From: a virus | Taxonomy: Duplodnaviria > Caudoviricetes | Direction: 5' to 3' (one strand) | Virus record (IMG/VR): IMGVR_UViG_3300020380_000280 | Location: 1-42,025 of that record | Length of the DNA stretch: 42,025 bases | Shown here: positions 29,373 through 39,372 of the stretch, one piece after another | Position numbering within the stretch: the stretch's first letter is position 1 | Layout: each line of letters opens with the position of its first letter | Made by a program: the position numbers and the translations under genes | Notes under the pieces: generated by a model | Database searches by the model: none | The model's input: the letters and a program-made list of their open reading frames with translations, nothing else | Told to the model about the DNA's origin: nothing

Positions 29373-30136
29373 TATAATTTTCCGTAGTCAACCATTAGAT
29401 ACCCAGAACCGTGTGTAGTAACTGCTTCTGGTTTCTCATGTATTATCTCTTGTGCAAGGACTCCGTATTTAGGTAAGTCACCTGCGCCTAATTCTATAGC
29501 TTCTTTACTCCACTCCCAAGTGTAAACATTGTAGTTACCTTCTTTATGGCTAAACGTAAGATCTTTTTTCAAACGTATGTCGGAGAAAAAGAACATAGCT
29601 CCCATAGCTAAACTGCCTAACATATTAGTTTGTGAATTTTTATACGCTACCCTATCTCTTTCATATTGATTTCTTCTTGCTACCGCGTTTTCTGCAGCAG
29701 CGCCTAGCCCTTGTAAAGAACTTCTATTTACTCCTTGTCCAATGTTTATTAGGTCACTTAAAACTTTTTGATTTTGATTTAATTGAGCTAATCTAGCCTC
29801 ATTCAAACCACCTGCTAAATTAACTACTCCACCTCTTTGGAAAGCTCGTTGCCTTTCAGCAGTTAGCGCCTGAGTAGACTCAAACCCAAACCTTTCTCTA
29901 TTTCTTCTAGCGATATCCTGTGCAATTTGTGATTGTTGCGCTACGTCTTCCGGCACTGCATCTATTAAACTAGTATCAGTTTGCGCTTGTTGCACAAGCT
30001 CATCCTCAAAAGGTCGGTAATCACGTAAATATCGATCTTGTTGACGTTGCGTAACCTCAGCAAATATTTTATCAGGGTCTTCTTTCCTTGCCCTAATTGC
30101 CGCTATTGCATCTTGAATAACTCTTGGACTACCCAT
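29372..30136 (-). CDS. Putative ejection protein with a C-terminal S74-like domain
   Basis: Gln/Ala/Arg-rich helical body, short hydrophobic stretch, then SDIRLKK..VYTWEW..GVLAQE...PEAV...GYLMVDY. Confidence 0.65.
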   Translation of the reverse strand: MGSPRVIQDAIAAIRARKEDPDKIFAEVTQRQQDRYLRDYRPFEDELVQQAQTDTSLIDAVPEDVAQQSQIAQDIARRNRERFGFESTQALTAERQRAFQRGGVVNLAGGLNEARLAQLNQNQKVLSDLINIGQGVNRSSLQGLGAAAENAVARRNQYERDRVAYKNSQTNMLGSLAMGAMFFFSDIRLKKDLTFSHKEGNYNVYTWEWSKEAIELGAGDLPKYGVLAQEIIHEKPEAVTTHGSGYLMVDYGKL

Positions 30137-30143
30137 ATTCTAA

Positions 30144-30665
30144 CTACCCGGCTTTGTATTCTATACCTTTATTCTTTATATATTGGCCCCCTACTCTACC
30201 AATATTACTCTGAATATTTGAAACTCTACTAAGTCTTGCTGTAGCTCTGTTTAAATCTTCCGATCTCGCTAACTTAGCAGCTTTAGCTAGACCACTACCA
30301 GCATCTGCTGCTTGCCCTCTAGCTGTCGCTAATACTCCTACTCCTTCATTTGCTGCTACATCTCCGGCTACTACGTTAGCTCGAAGAATATTACCAACAG
30401 CCCCCAAAGCTCTATCGGCACTAGTATCAACTCCAGAGACTGTACTTAATCTAAGAGGTCCGCCAGTTGTAGCTTGCATGGTATCAGCCTGCGCACGACC
30501 ACGAAGAGTTTGGCGCGTATCTTGTGATCTAGATTTATCACGCATACGTAAAAGCAAAGGGTCATAAGTTTGTTCAAAATACTCTTGATCCTCTTTTGCT
30601 ATACGAGCCTGTGTTTTCTCTACTTCACTTGGCTTGTAGTCTTGTTGTTTTGGTTTTCTACCCAT
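30144..30665 (-). CDS. Putative small ejection protein
   Basis: MG.KP N-terminus, Ala/Gly/Arg-rich; first gene of the ejection block. Confidence 0.5.
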   Translation of the reverse strand: MGRKPKQQDYKPSEVEKTQARIAKEDQEYFEQTYDPLLLRMRDKSRSQDTRQTLRGRAQADTMQATTGGPLRLSTVSGVDTSADRALGAVGNILRANVVAGDVAANEGVGVLATARGQAADAGSGLAKAAKLARSEDLNRATARLSRVSNIQSNIGRVGGQYIKNKGIEYKAG

Positions 30666-31108
30666 TACAGTTCCTTTTTATATACTGTTGTTACTGCTTT
30701 AAATCCATGCGTGTTAGCCGCTCTACTCCATCCAGAACGGTCGGAATGAAACTCCATTCCTGTTATGCTGGTATTTTGTACAAGTCTTTCTAAAAACTCC
30801 ATCCCAGCTTCCATATTATTATACCCGGGTCTACTATAAGCAACCCAAATATATAAAGTTTTTTCTCCTCCAGCATCATTAATAACTGAAAGGACTAAAA
30901 ATCCTGAGTAGTAGTCTTTAGTATATGCCATATATAACTCAGAGCTACCCTCTCGTAAAGCTGCATATACGTCTGCAGGTATCCAATCTGCATACGATTT
31001 TTGAGTTACACGTTTAAGATCTTTTTCGATATTGCTGTAGGCAGCTTTTATATCCTCTATCGGGATATACTCGAAAACAGTGTCATTAATAGTCCAACTC
31101 TTTGCCAT
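30665..31108 (-). CDS. GNAT-like protein preceding the ejection genes
   Basis: GFLVL...LYIWVAY and S.R.GW.R.....GF pattern; position equivalent to T7 gp13. Start uncertain (31108, 31117 or 31144). Confidence 0.5.
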   Translation of the reverse strand: MAKSWTINDTVFEYIPIEDIKAAYSNIEKDLKRVTQKSYADWIPADVYAALREGSSELYMAYTKDYYSGFLVLSVINDAGGEKTLYIWVAYSRPGYNNMEAGMEFLERLVQNTSITGMEFHSDRSGWSRAANTHGFKAVTTVYKKEL

Positions 31109-31769
31109 ATCGTCCATACCTCTTCCTTGGGGATAAACCTGCACCTTTATATTTTACTGTTCTTTTCACACCAATATTACCACCTCTACCTCTTAATTCT
31201 GCCTCAGATACCTGAGCTTGAAATAAGTTAAAATAGTCCGCAGCAGCTACTGGGTCTGTCCATTCTTTACTAGGCATTCTCAACAGCCTGTAAACAGCAC
31301 CATAAATAATGCCGTCTCGATAATCATTACTAAAATTAGTGTCTATACTATTAGTAGTTCTACTAGGTTTTAAAGCTACGTTTAACAATAAACCATTTAC
31401 ATTTTTTGCGTTAGGGACTGGTACTAACCAAAAAGTATCCGGTGTTTTTTGTAAATACACCGTTGGTATACCTGATTTATCTCGCCAATCAGGATAATTT
31501 AGCTCTAGACTTCTTGGACTAATTGGGTCTAAATCATTCCCATCATAAGTAGCCCATAATATTTGATGTACATCTGTACCACTTGGTTGGTCAAACTCAT
31601 ACTCATAAATTCCCGATATCGTAGTTATTGGGTCTAAATCATGAGTATAAGCCTTACTTTTTTCACAAAGCTCTATAGTCGCAGAACGTAGTGTAGTTTC
31701 TATCAACGAATCAGGACAACCCGGAACGTATGGTAAAACGTCTTTAATTAATGAATCAAAACTAGCCAC
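31086..31769 (-). CDS. Head-tail adaptor / tail tubular protein
   Basis: LPYVPGCP...I...LR.A.IE.CE.S and I.YGA.YRL..MP.K.WTD motifs; follows the capsid block. Confidence 0.65.
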   Translation of the reverse strand: MASFDSLIKDVLPYVPGCPDSLIETTLRSATIELCEKSKAYTHDLDPITTISGIYEYEFDQPSGTDVHQILWATYDGNDLDPISPRSLELNYPDWRDKSGIPTVYLQKTPDTFWLVPVPNAKNVNGLLLNVALKPSRTTNSIDTNFSNDYRDGIIYGAVYRLLRMPSKEWTDPVAAADYFNLFQAQVSEAELRGRGGNIGVKRTVKYKGAGLSPRKRYGRYGKELDY

Positions 31770-32448
31770 TTGATACTCCTTGGTCAGGTTGTACAGCTTG
31801 TTGAACTACTCCACCTCTAGCTAAACTTGCGGTAAATAATTGATAATAACTACCAGCACGTTGTTGGTTTCCAGCAAACTCGCCATCTTTTAAATAGGCT
31901 CTATACAAAACAAAATTAATTAGTGCATTTGCAAAGATATCATCCACTTGTATTAAATCAGTATTTGAACCAATACTAGTAGGATTTTTAGAGTACACAA
32001 CTTCTACATAAGCATTACCAGAAACTCCAGGGTACACATAAAATACTCTAGGGTCGTCTCCATCAAAAATATAATGTTTAACCTCAGTACCGTGTGTAGC
32101 ATCACCAGTTACAGTTGGGTCATGCCAATTAGGTTCTGTACTATTTAAAGCATCTTCTGATACCACCCGGATACTTCTACCACCGGTAGCGCTTGCAGAG
32201 GTGCTTGCAACATTCCTTACTAATTTTACAAGCCTTAGTCCATCAGCTGGTATGGTTTGTTCCGTACCAGTAACTAACTGTACATTAGAATGTGTGGCAG
32301 TAGCATCAGGACGAATATTAGCAACCTCTCTCTGTGCATCACTTAAATAATCAAATAGTTCACCGTCGGTCCAACGCACACTAGTATTATCCTGAAGTAC
32401 ATTACGTACCCTGGATAATATGTGTTGTGCTTGTAACGTACCAGCCAT
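31762..32448 (-). CDS. Head-tail adaptor (DUF6682-like)
   Basis: LQD...VRW...EL..YL.DAQRE....RPDA, FYVYP and LYRAY.KD.E. Confidence 0.7.
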   Translation of the reverse strand: MAGTLQAQHILSRVRNVLQDNTSVRWTDGELFDYLSDAQREVANIRPDATATHSNVQLVTGTEQTIPADGLRLVKLVRNVASTSASATGGRSIRVVSEDALNSTEPNWHDPTVTGDATHGTEVKHYIFDGDDPRVFYVYPGVSGNAYVEVVYSKNPTSIGSNTDLIQVDDIFANALINFVLYRAYLKDGEFAGNQQRAGSYYQLFTASLARGGVVQQAVQPDQGVSSG

Positions 32449-32676
32449 CTATTTTTCTTCTTCTTTTTTCTCTGTTTTTTTAACGAGTTTTGGCTTTGCT
32501 TTAGGTTCAGGCTTAGGCTCTTCTCTTACTTCTTTAGCCCCAGCTTGTATACAAGCATATCCAATGTACTCTGGGAATTCTCTTGCTTCTCCTGCGTATA
32601 AACGAACAGCATCACCAGTTTTTAGTGATACATATAAATCTGTTTTTGAGATAACTTTCATAGTTTTTCTTTCCAT
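32449..32676 (-). CDS. Small hypothetical virion-associated protein
   Basis: AGGAG RBS; Lys/Glu/Pro-rich tail; follows the capsid terminator. Confidence 0.65.
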   Translation of the reverse strand: MERKTMKVISKTDLYVSLKTGDAVRLYAGEAREFPEYIGYACIQAGAKEVREEPKPEPKAKPKLVKKTEKKEEEK

Positions 32677-32694
32677 TTAAAACTCCTGTTTAGT

Positions 32695-32719
32695 AGAAAG
32701 AGGTGGTCCGAAGACCACC
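32695..32719 (-). terminator. Probable intrinsic terminator after the major capsid gene
   Basis: Minus strand reads GGTGGTC-TTCG-GACCACC (cUUCGg tetraloop) followed by TCTTTCT. Confidence 0.7.
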
Positions 32720-32729
32720 CCAATCTTAA

Positions 32730-33866
32730 TTAAAATGCGCAATCTACTCTGATTACACCAAAGTCTTCATTCTGACCAGAAATGTCAGAGTTGTAGACTG
32801 GTTTTTTAAGACCCATGATCTTACCGATAGAAATACCGTTTTGGTTTCCATAGTCGAAAGTATCTTCAACTATTTCAGGCAAACCGATATCTGCCATAGC
32901 AAGAGCTTGAGCTCCACAGAATAGGTTAGCAGCGAAGTCAACATCACTACCAGATCCACCTTTCTGAGTACCTGAGGTACCTTGAGAAGTGTTTGGTACG
33001 TGCCTGAATTCGTGAACCATAACGCCGTCAACCATTAAGCTAGAAGATCCAGCAAATAGTTCGTTGTTTGGTCCTCTGATACCAGCGCTTCTTACGTTTG
33101 ATAAGAAGTCAGAATCTAGTTTCAGATCAGCCATTACTTGTGGAGTAACAAAAAGATGATACATCTCTTCATTACCATTTCCTCTCATACCTCTAATGTA
33201 TTGGTCTTTAGCAAATGCTTTCAACTCAACAATAGTGCTGTAAGACATTTTGTCAGCAGCAACTAAAGCAGAAGTGTCACCAGCAACTAAACCATTAGTT
33301 GCGTCTACTCTTCTGTGTCTGTTAGAAGTAGGAGCAGTTACATCACCATTAAAGGCAAGGTCAGACAAGTTAGCACCTGAACCTAGTACTGGTCTAGTCG
33401 CAGCAGAACCACCGATGTTGTTGTTCTTTCTGTTGTAGTCAATACCAGCCAAAGTCAAAAATGCAACTTGGTCTAGTCTGTCCGCCATTGCGTATGCAAG
33501 TGCGTCTCTTGAGTGCTCACGGAAGTTGACAACAGATTTTTGATCCGCTAAACGACCAGATAGTCTGTTCGCAAATCTTAATTGATCTAATTGTACAACG
33601 ATGTCGAATGCTCTTAGTGCCTCTTCATTACCTTCGAGAGTGTTATCACCAACGATACCATCACCAGTCATGTCAGCTAAAAGTGTTAATACAGCTCTAG
33701 CTCCTTTTTCTGATTGAGTAAGTTCATTTATTCTCTGAACCATAGCGTTGGGTCCACTACCCGCGAATTGGTTAATGAAGGACATGTTTCGAGCGACTCT
33801 CCAAAAATCACGAGACCAGATAGTAAGCTGTTCACTGGTCAACGCGCTGAAATTTGTATTAGCCAT
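32730..33866 (-). CDS. Major capsid protein (DUF4043-like)
   Basis: G.N..VQRI.EL....G, GD..LEG.EE.L and DFGVI.VD motifs. GGAGG RBS supports ATG 33866. Confidence 0.9.
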   Translation of the reverse strand: MANTNFSALTSEQLTIWSRDFWRVARNMSFINQFAGSGPNAMVQRINELTQSEKGARAVLTLLADMTGDGIVGDNTLEGNEEALRAFDIVVQLDQLRFANRLSGRLADQKSVVNFREHSRDALAYAMADRLDQVAFLTLAGIDYNRKNNNIGGSAATRPVLGSGANLSDLAFNGDVTAPTSNRHRRVDATNGLVAGDTSALVAADKMSYSTIVELKAFAKDQYIRGMRGNGNEEMYHLFVTPQVMADLKLDSDFLSNVRSAGIRGPNNELFAGSSSLMVDGVMVHEFRHVPNTSQGTSGTQKGGSGSDVDFAANLFCGAQALAMADIGLPEIVEDTFDYGNQNGISIGKIMGLKKPVYNSDISGQNEDFGVIRVDCAF

Positions 33867-33900
33867 TAGGCCCTCCAAATAAAAATTAATAAAATAACCA

Positions 33901-34056
33901 ATCGCTATTTGGGGCGATATCCCGTATACCCTTTATCGTTGGGATACGATACCGTAGGTTTTACGAGCACGACCTCGAACAGTTAACGTCGTTGTAGACG
34001 AAAAAACGATTTTTATACTGAACGACCAGTTGTTGGATATCGTTCCAACCGACGAA
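33901..34056 (-). promoter_or_regulatory. Structured leader upstream of the capsid gene
   Basis: Four ~23-nt units starting with TCG that have stem/pseudoknot potential, plus a final hairpin. Confidence 0.5.
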
Positions 34057-34078
34057 TTCTTTAATACTATACTACTAT

Positions 34079-35125
34079 TTAGTCAAAGTCACCACGCATT
34101 CTGCGTAAAGTTTCTTCTGGTAGTGCCCCAAACTCATCATCTGAAAGAGTATTTATATCTACTACTTTCTTATTTTGAGTAGATTCACCCTTCATTTGAG
34201 GTGGTTGTGACTGTGAAGCTTCTACTTTTTTCTTGACTGTAGCTTTTGCTTTTTTCTCTTGTACAGCTTGACTAAGTTTAGGAGCAGGGTCTGCTGCTTC
34301 TGAACCATCACCTTGTAATAACTCAGGTTTTTTACTTAAAAGAGTTACTTCAGTAGCTTTTGCTAAAGAGTCAGCAGCTCCATATCCTTGATATATAAAA
34401 GCATCTCGTAATTCCATAACTTCATTAGTTAATTTTTCATCATAAGACTTACTTTTTTCATTAAATATAGGAAACACATCCATTATTTCAGTAGCCTTTT
34501 GGTTTAACTCATGTAGTTCACGATCTTGTTGTACAGTTTGACCCATTTTATTTTGCATTTCGGACATAACCTGTTCTCTTTCAGCAGTTCTTATCTCGTT
34601 TCTTAACAAAGCAGCTTTATCAGTCTCGCCCTCTAAAACTAAATCTTGATACTCTTTTTCTTTTGAAACAAAGTCATATTCAGGAGCAGCATCCTCAGCA
34701 GGTTTTTCCTCCATGTCTTGAAGTCTTTTTTGCATTTCTTTATTTTTTGCAAGTACTTCGTCAAGACGGGACTTAGGCACCATAGGTGCTTTTGGTTCTT
34801 CTACCTGTTCATCTTCCTCCACTGCTTCCACAGGTTGCTCATCATCTGTTGGTACTGGATCTTCGCTTGCTTCAACTGGTTGTTCTTCTGTTGCTTCAGT
34901 TGTTGTTTCTTCAACTTGCTCCTCTGCAACTTCTTCTGTTGTTTCTTCTGCAACAGGTTCTGTTTCTGTTGTTTCTTCTTCTTGAGTTTCTTCAACGGTT
35001 TCCTCCTTGGGTTCGTCTTCAAAGTTCATATCTACTTGAAAAGGTTGTACATCCTCTTCAGTTTTTGCATCAGCACCGGGCATGCCCTCAAATACTAATT
35101 CTTCTGTTTTTTTATCTTCAGCCAT
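34079..35125 (-). CDS. Capsid scaffolding protein
   Basis: Very acidic N-half, MVPKSRLDEV, C-terminal LSDDEF.ALPE...RRMRGD; between portal and capsid genes. Confidence 0.8.
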   Translation of the reverse strand: MAEDKKTEELVFEGMPGADAKTEEDVQPFQVDMNFEDEPKEETVEETQEEETTETEPVAEETTEEVAEEQVEETTTEATEEQPVEASEDPVPTDDEQPVEAVEEDEQVEEPKAPMVPKSRLDEVLAKNKEMQKRLQDMEEKPAEDAAPEYDFVSKEKEYQDLVLEGETDKAALLRNEIRTAEREQVMSEMQNKMGQTVQQDRELHELNQKATEIMDVFPIFNEKSKSYDEKLTNEVMELRDAFIYQGYGAADSLAKATEVTLLSKKPELLQGDGSEAADPAPKLSQAVQEKKAKATVKKKVEASQSQPPQMKGESTQNKKVVDINTLSDDEFGALPEETLRRMRGDFD

Positions 35126-37227
35126 TATCTACCTCCTGATTTCATAGCTTCAACAGCAACTTTAGAAGCTGCTTGGGTTTGGGTTTGGTCTTTCCTCATA
35201 TCATTTGTTAATGCAGATAACTGCTGACGTAAGGCAAGTTCTTGTTGTTTCATCTCCATCTTAGACTGTATCTCAGCCACTTTAACTTGTGGGTCTGCAA
35301 CAGTGCCTTGAGCTTTTGCCATATTGAGTTGAGATTGAGATTGTAAATTCTGTACTTCGGCTTCCATTTTAGCAATTTCAAGTTGAATTTTTTGTATTTC
35401 AGCTTGTGCTTGGAAAGCTTGTATTTGAGCCTGTTCTTCTGTCATTGGTTCCATCCCTTGCATTTGACGTATACGTTGTGCAACTTCGCCTTTCTTAGCT
35501 AAGTGTGAGTAATCTACAATTAAGTCGTCTGGTATTGGTACACCAACCTGCCTTAAAGAGATTGCTTCAGCAAACTGTACTTCGTCGTAATTATCTCTAG
35601 CCGGCATAGTACCGACCACCACTTTATATTCACCTAAAGTTAAATCATTAATAACATCCCCTTCAGGAGTAACTTGGTTTACTACAATAGGTACTTCCGG
35701 CTTCATCGGATCGTTTTCATCTGTAATCTGTATTAATCTTTCCTCTGTGTAATAAGCCTGAATTAAACGCAACACGTGTTCAGCTAGATATTGTCTAGTC
35801 TTTTGTAGATTGTCTAATGGTACTTGAATCATTAGAACACCACGGTTTTGTTTTTGTTGTATTGCAACTCCAGATACTTCTGGAGAGTCTGTACCTAACA
35901 TGGCGTCACTAATACCACTAATTGTTTTTATATTAGTAGCAGCTTTTTGACCTAATCTGTCTAGGCCGGTGGGAATCTGATTTGGTGGTATCTTCGCAGG
36001 GGGAGATGAGCCACGATTATACTCTAATACTAAACCAGTTTCCGCACCGTGTTCTTCTAAATCGTCAGCAGTCATACCATTTAATGACCCTGTTTCTACA
36101 ATCCAACCACTGTTAGCTGTAGTGTTTACGATATGTAATTCTTGTGAACTTATCTTGTTCAACTGTTCTTGTGGAGATATTAAGTTTCTTACCATACCAA
36201 ATGGTCTACCTCTTCTCCAATAAGGAAAGTATGGGACAATTGTGAAACACTCATAAGGGGACCAGTCATCGTGTAATACAACTTTATCTGCTGTCACAGT
36301 CCAACGTACTTTACGGTCTAGTCTAGTCATTATCTCTAAACCATATTCATCTGCAAATTTCTTTTTCTTTCTTTCGCCCCAGTTACCGGGTACTTGTCGC
36401 ATATCACCAGTAACAGAATCAACATAATAAGTACATTCTTTGAGTTGGTAATACTGCCTTTCGATTACTCGAACTGCTCGCATTTGTCTATTCTCTTCTG
36501 GGTTAGTAGTAGAGGATTGATTGTACTCTACACCAGTATACGTATCACCGTAACGCGTTTCTTCATATTCTACGGAGTCTTGTCCCATGGTATTACCATA
36601 TTCTGCTGCTACTCTTAGTTTATCCGCAGCGTCTTGTCCGTATTGTTCTTCTACTTCATCAAGACTCATCCACTTGGTTTCAAATATCTCATTCCATGTT
36701 TTAGGATCATACTCCTTGGCGTCAGGGTCAATCAGAATATCTAACGGATCCTTGGTACTTATACGCACTTCTCCTTGGATATGATCCGTGAAATCTATTC
36801 TTACATCAAAATAACCTCGGTCTTGAATAAGACCATCAGCAAAAACTGTAGACTCTAACCAGTCTAATTTATTAGTATCAGCTATGTGTATGTATAGTTT
36901 ATTTAATACATCCGCAAGTTCCTGAGTACCATTACCCTTCGGTTTAAAATTAACATCTGCTCTTCGAGTGCTTTGCTCACCAAGCACAGTATTAATTGTT
37001 GGTAATATAGTATTAATGGTAAGAGCTGGACGCCCTTCGTCATCTAGTATTGCAACATCAGCTGGATCCCATTGATTACCACGATAAAAAGCATCACATT
37101 TTTTTGCAGTTTCTATATATTCTAAGTGACCATTATCACGCGCACGTTCGTAACGCTCAAACTGATTAGTTGCTATAGAATGCTCTTCTTCTGTACTTAA
37201 CTTTTTCTTCTTCTTGCTGTAATTCAT
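35125..37227 (-). CDS. Portal protein (P22-like)
   Basis: FY.G.QW......L...GRP.LTIN.I.P, G.VR.L.SPQE.LNK, SG.AI and a Gln-rich C-terminal coiled-coil barrel. Confidence 0.92.
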   Translation of the reverse strand: MNYSKKKKKLSTEEEHSIATNQFERYERARDNGHLEYIETAKKCDAFYRGNQWDPADVAILDDEGRPALTINTILPTINTVLGEQSTRRADVNFKPKGNGTQELADVLNKLYIHIADTNKLDWLESTVFADGLIQDRGYFDVRIDFTDHIQGEVRISTKDPLDILIDPDAKEYDPKTWNEIFETKWMSLDEVEEQYGQDAADKLRVAAEYGNTMGQDSVEYEETRYGDTYTGVEYNQSSTTNPEENRQMRAVRVIERQYYQLKECTYYVDSVTGDMRQVPGNWGERKKKKFADEYGLEIMTRLDRKVRWTVTADKVVLHDDWSPYECFTIVPYFPYWRRGRPFGMVRNLISPQEQLNKISSQELHIVNTTANSGWIVETGSLNGMTADDLEEHGAETGLVLEYNRGSSPPAKIPPNQIPTGLDRLGQKAATNIKTISGISDAMLGTDSPEVSGVAIQQKQNRGVLMIQVPLDNLQKTRQYLAEHVLRLIQAYYTEERLIQITDENDPMKPEVPIVVNQVTPEGDVINDLTLGEYKVVVGTMPARDNYDEVQFAEAISLRQVGVPIPDDLIVDYSHLAKKGEVAQRIRQMQGMEPMTEEQAQIQAFQAQAEIQKIQLEIAKMEAEVQNLQSQSQLNMAKAQGTVADPQVKVAEIQSKMEMKQQELALRQQLSALTNDMRKDQTQTQAASKVAVEAMKSGGR

Positions 37228-38876
37228 TAAGAACTCATAGCTGATTTATGTTTATCACCCTTGACTAGATACTTAAGCTTGTCTCGCCAAGATGGTTCAT
37301 GTTCTATCTTCTCTACAAAAGTAGCGAATTCTGTCATCATCAATCCTATCCATGCTAACGCATCCACTTGGTCATCATGTACCCCGTTTGGAAAACGCAA
37401 AAGTTCCGCAATAAGCGGACCAACCCATACCGGATCTTTCGGAAAGTATACCATGCCTTGTTGCATTCTACCTTGTATTGCTCTAGCTCTCGCTTCCTTA
37501 TCTCGTCTACCTACTTTTAAATCTTTAAAGTAAGCTTCATTAAGTCCACGTTCTCGAACACGTTTTTGTAGAAACGGACCTAAAGCCATCTCTATGTGAC
37601 CTTTCTCGATGCCCACCACATGTGGTCGCCACGTCTCGAAGAGATCCAGTATTTGTTCAACAAGTTCAAAACCGTCGTACTTCCCTCTTATGCAATCCAC
37701 TACGTATAAATTATCATATTCATCAACGCCAACAACTACTCCTACAGAGTAGTCATTACGTTCTCGTTGACCAATCGCCAAATCCCATGCGCAATAGAAG
37801 CGTAATCTGTCAAAGTCTACTTCATTTTCGTCGTAATACCTAATCATTTCTCGATTAAAGTACTCACCTTCGTCCGATACTGGGTTCTGTTGATACAACG
37901 CTGACCAGTCTCTCGGACCTACCGCTTTTTGAATCTGGGTCAGAGCTTCTGCGCTGTACCTCTCTGGGTGAAGCGCGTCGCCCTTTTCTCTAAACTCCTC
38001 GTCCTTCTCGGCGATGGCTGGATACTTAACAACTTCCCACTGATCCGCGCCCGCGGCTGCCGCTTGTAATAACCTACCAGCTAAATCGTCATCGTGCCAT
38101 CTGGTAAGAATTACGAGTACACCACCTCCAGGGGCCAGTCGTGTATAAGCAGTAGATGTATACCAATCCCAGACCGCATCCCGATTGTACTCGGATTCTG
38201 CGTCCTCTCTGTTTTTGACTGGGTCATCGATGACGAGTACGTGCGCTCCTTTACCAGTAATACCACCACCAACACCCGCTGCTACATAACCACCGCCCTT
38301 GGTTGTATTCCATGATTCTACGGACTGCGAACTAGGGTCAAGCGATACACCAGAAAAGACATTCTTAAAATTAGGTTCTCTCAGTTGATGACGAACCTTA
38401 CGACTAAAGTTCATGGCCAACGATCCAGAGTACGAACAACTGATAAACTCATGTTCAGGGTTCTTACCCAAATGCCAAGCTGGAAACGCAACAGAAGCCA
38501 AAGTAGATTTACCGTGTCGTGGTGGCATAAACAACATAAGTCTGGGTGACTTCTTGTCATTTACATCTTGGCTGAACTGTTCCAACCGTAGACATATGTC
38601 CTTGTGTACCCAACCCGGAACGTAGTCTGGATTGAAACGTTCAACAAACGGTAACAAATGTTTACGTGACAAAGCACGTAATGCAAGTTCTTTTTGGGCT
38701 TTTAATTGTTCAGTTTCTTCTGGAGTTGGTTCTTCTGGAGTTTCTTCAATTACAGGTTCTTCAACTCTTTCTGCTTCGTCCGCTTTGCAGTACACGCAGA
38801 TCTGATCGTCGCTCGGGTACAACGTATCTGGATGCAACGCTTTACACGTCAGGCATTCAATCTTTTTTATTTCCAT
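37227..38876 (-). CDS. terL: Terminase large subunit
   Basis: MPPRHGKS, ITGKGAH..VIDDP.K, TRWH.DDL.G, LYQQ.P, AWDLA and FPNG.HDDQVDA. Confidence 0.95.
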   Translation of the reverse strand: MEIKKIECLTCKALHPDTLYPSDDQICVYCKADEAERVEEPVIEETPEEPTPEETEQLKAQKELALRALSRKHLLPFVERFNPDYVPGWVHKDICLRLEQFSQDVNDKKSPRLMLFMPPRHGKSTLASVAFPAWHLGKNPEHEFISCSYSGSLAMNFSRKVRHQLREPNFKNVFSGVSLDPSSQSVESWNTTKGGGYVAAGVGGGITGKGAHVLVIDDPVKNREDAESEYNRDAVWDWYTSTAYTRLAPGGGVLVILTRWHDDDLAGRLLQAAAAGADQWEVVKYPAIAEKDEEFREKGDALHPERYSAEALTQIQKAVGPRDWSALYQQNPVSDEGEYFNREMIRYYDENEVDFDRLRFYCAWDLAIGQRERNDYSVGVVVGVDEYDNLYVVDCIRGKYDGFELVEQILDLFETWRPHVVGIEKGHIEMALGPFLQKRVRERGLNEAYFKDLKVGRRDKEARARAIQGRMQQGMVYFPKDPVWVGPLIAELLRFPNGVHDDQVDALAWIGLMMTEFATFVEKIEHEPSWRDKLKYLVKGDKHKSAMSS

Positions 38877-39372
38877 CCTTTTTAGGCATGAGATATTGGT
38901 TATCAGTTCCCGCTATCTTGAGTAATTCAGAATCTGGTAGTTTTTCTAGTTGTTCTACAGTTCTATCCAGATTGATGTTGATTTGTGTAGCATGCTCTGG
39001 AGCAAATAGACCGTGGAGCTTGCACAATGAATCGGTGATAACTTTCTCTTCTGTCGCTGTTACAGATTTACGGTGCGCTTCCAAGTACATGCTTGTCGCT
39101 GTTTGTTTATCAAACTTAATCTCTTCTTTAAATTCTTCGCGCATCTTAGCAAGCATTTTTTGTACGGCTGGCTTCTTAAATACTTTGTAAACATGCTCAT
39201 TATCCCTATATCCAGCCGCGCGTCCCGCTGCAGCTTTTGACATGCCACGGAGATGAAAAAGAATGAGGCGTTCTTCTTGAACACTTAGCTCATTGAGTTT
39301 GACATCGACATAGGGATAATGAGACTGAAGCTCGGCCCTTTCTTGTTCAAAATTTTGGTCTTTATCAGTCAT
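38857..39372 (-). CDS. Terminase small subunit (putative)
   Basis: HTH-like GMS..AAGRAAGY and LCKLHGL; immediately upstream of TerL. Confidence 0.7.
   Translation of the reverse strand: MTDKDQNFEQERAELQSHYPYVDVKLNELSVQEERLILFHLRGMSKAAAGRAAGYRDNEHVYKVFKKPAVQKMLAKMREEFKEEIKFDKQTATSMYLEAHRKSVTATEEKVITDSLCKLHGLFAPEHATQININLDRTVEQLEKLPDSELLKIAGTDNQYLMPKKDGNKKD

Noticed and set aside
34718-35139. Hydrophobic or Cys/Phe-rich ORFs opposite the scaffold gene
   Set aside because: Antisense and frame shadows of Glu-rich low-complexity codons.
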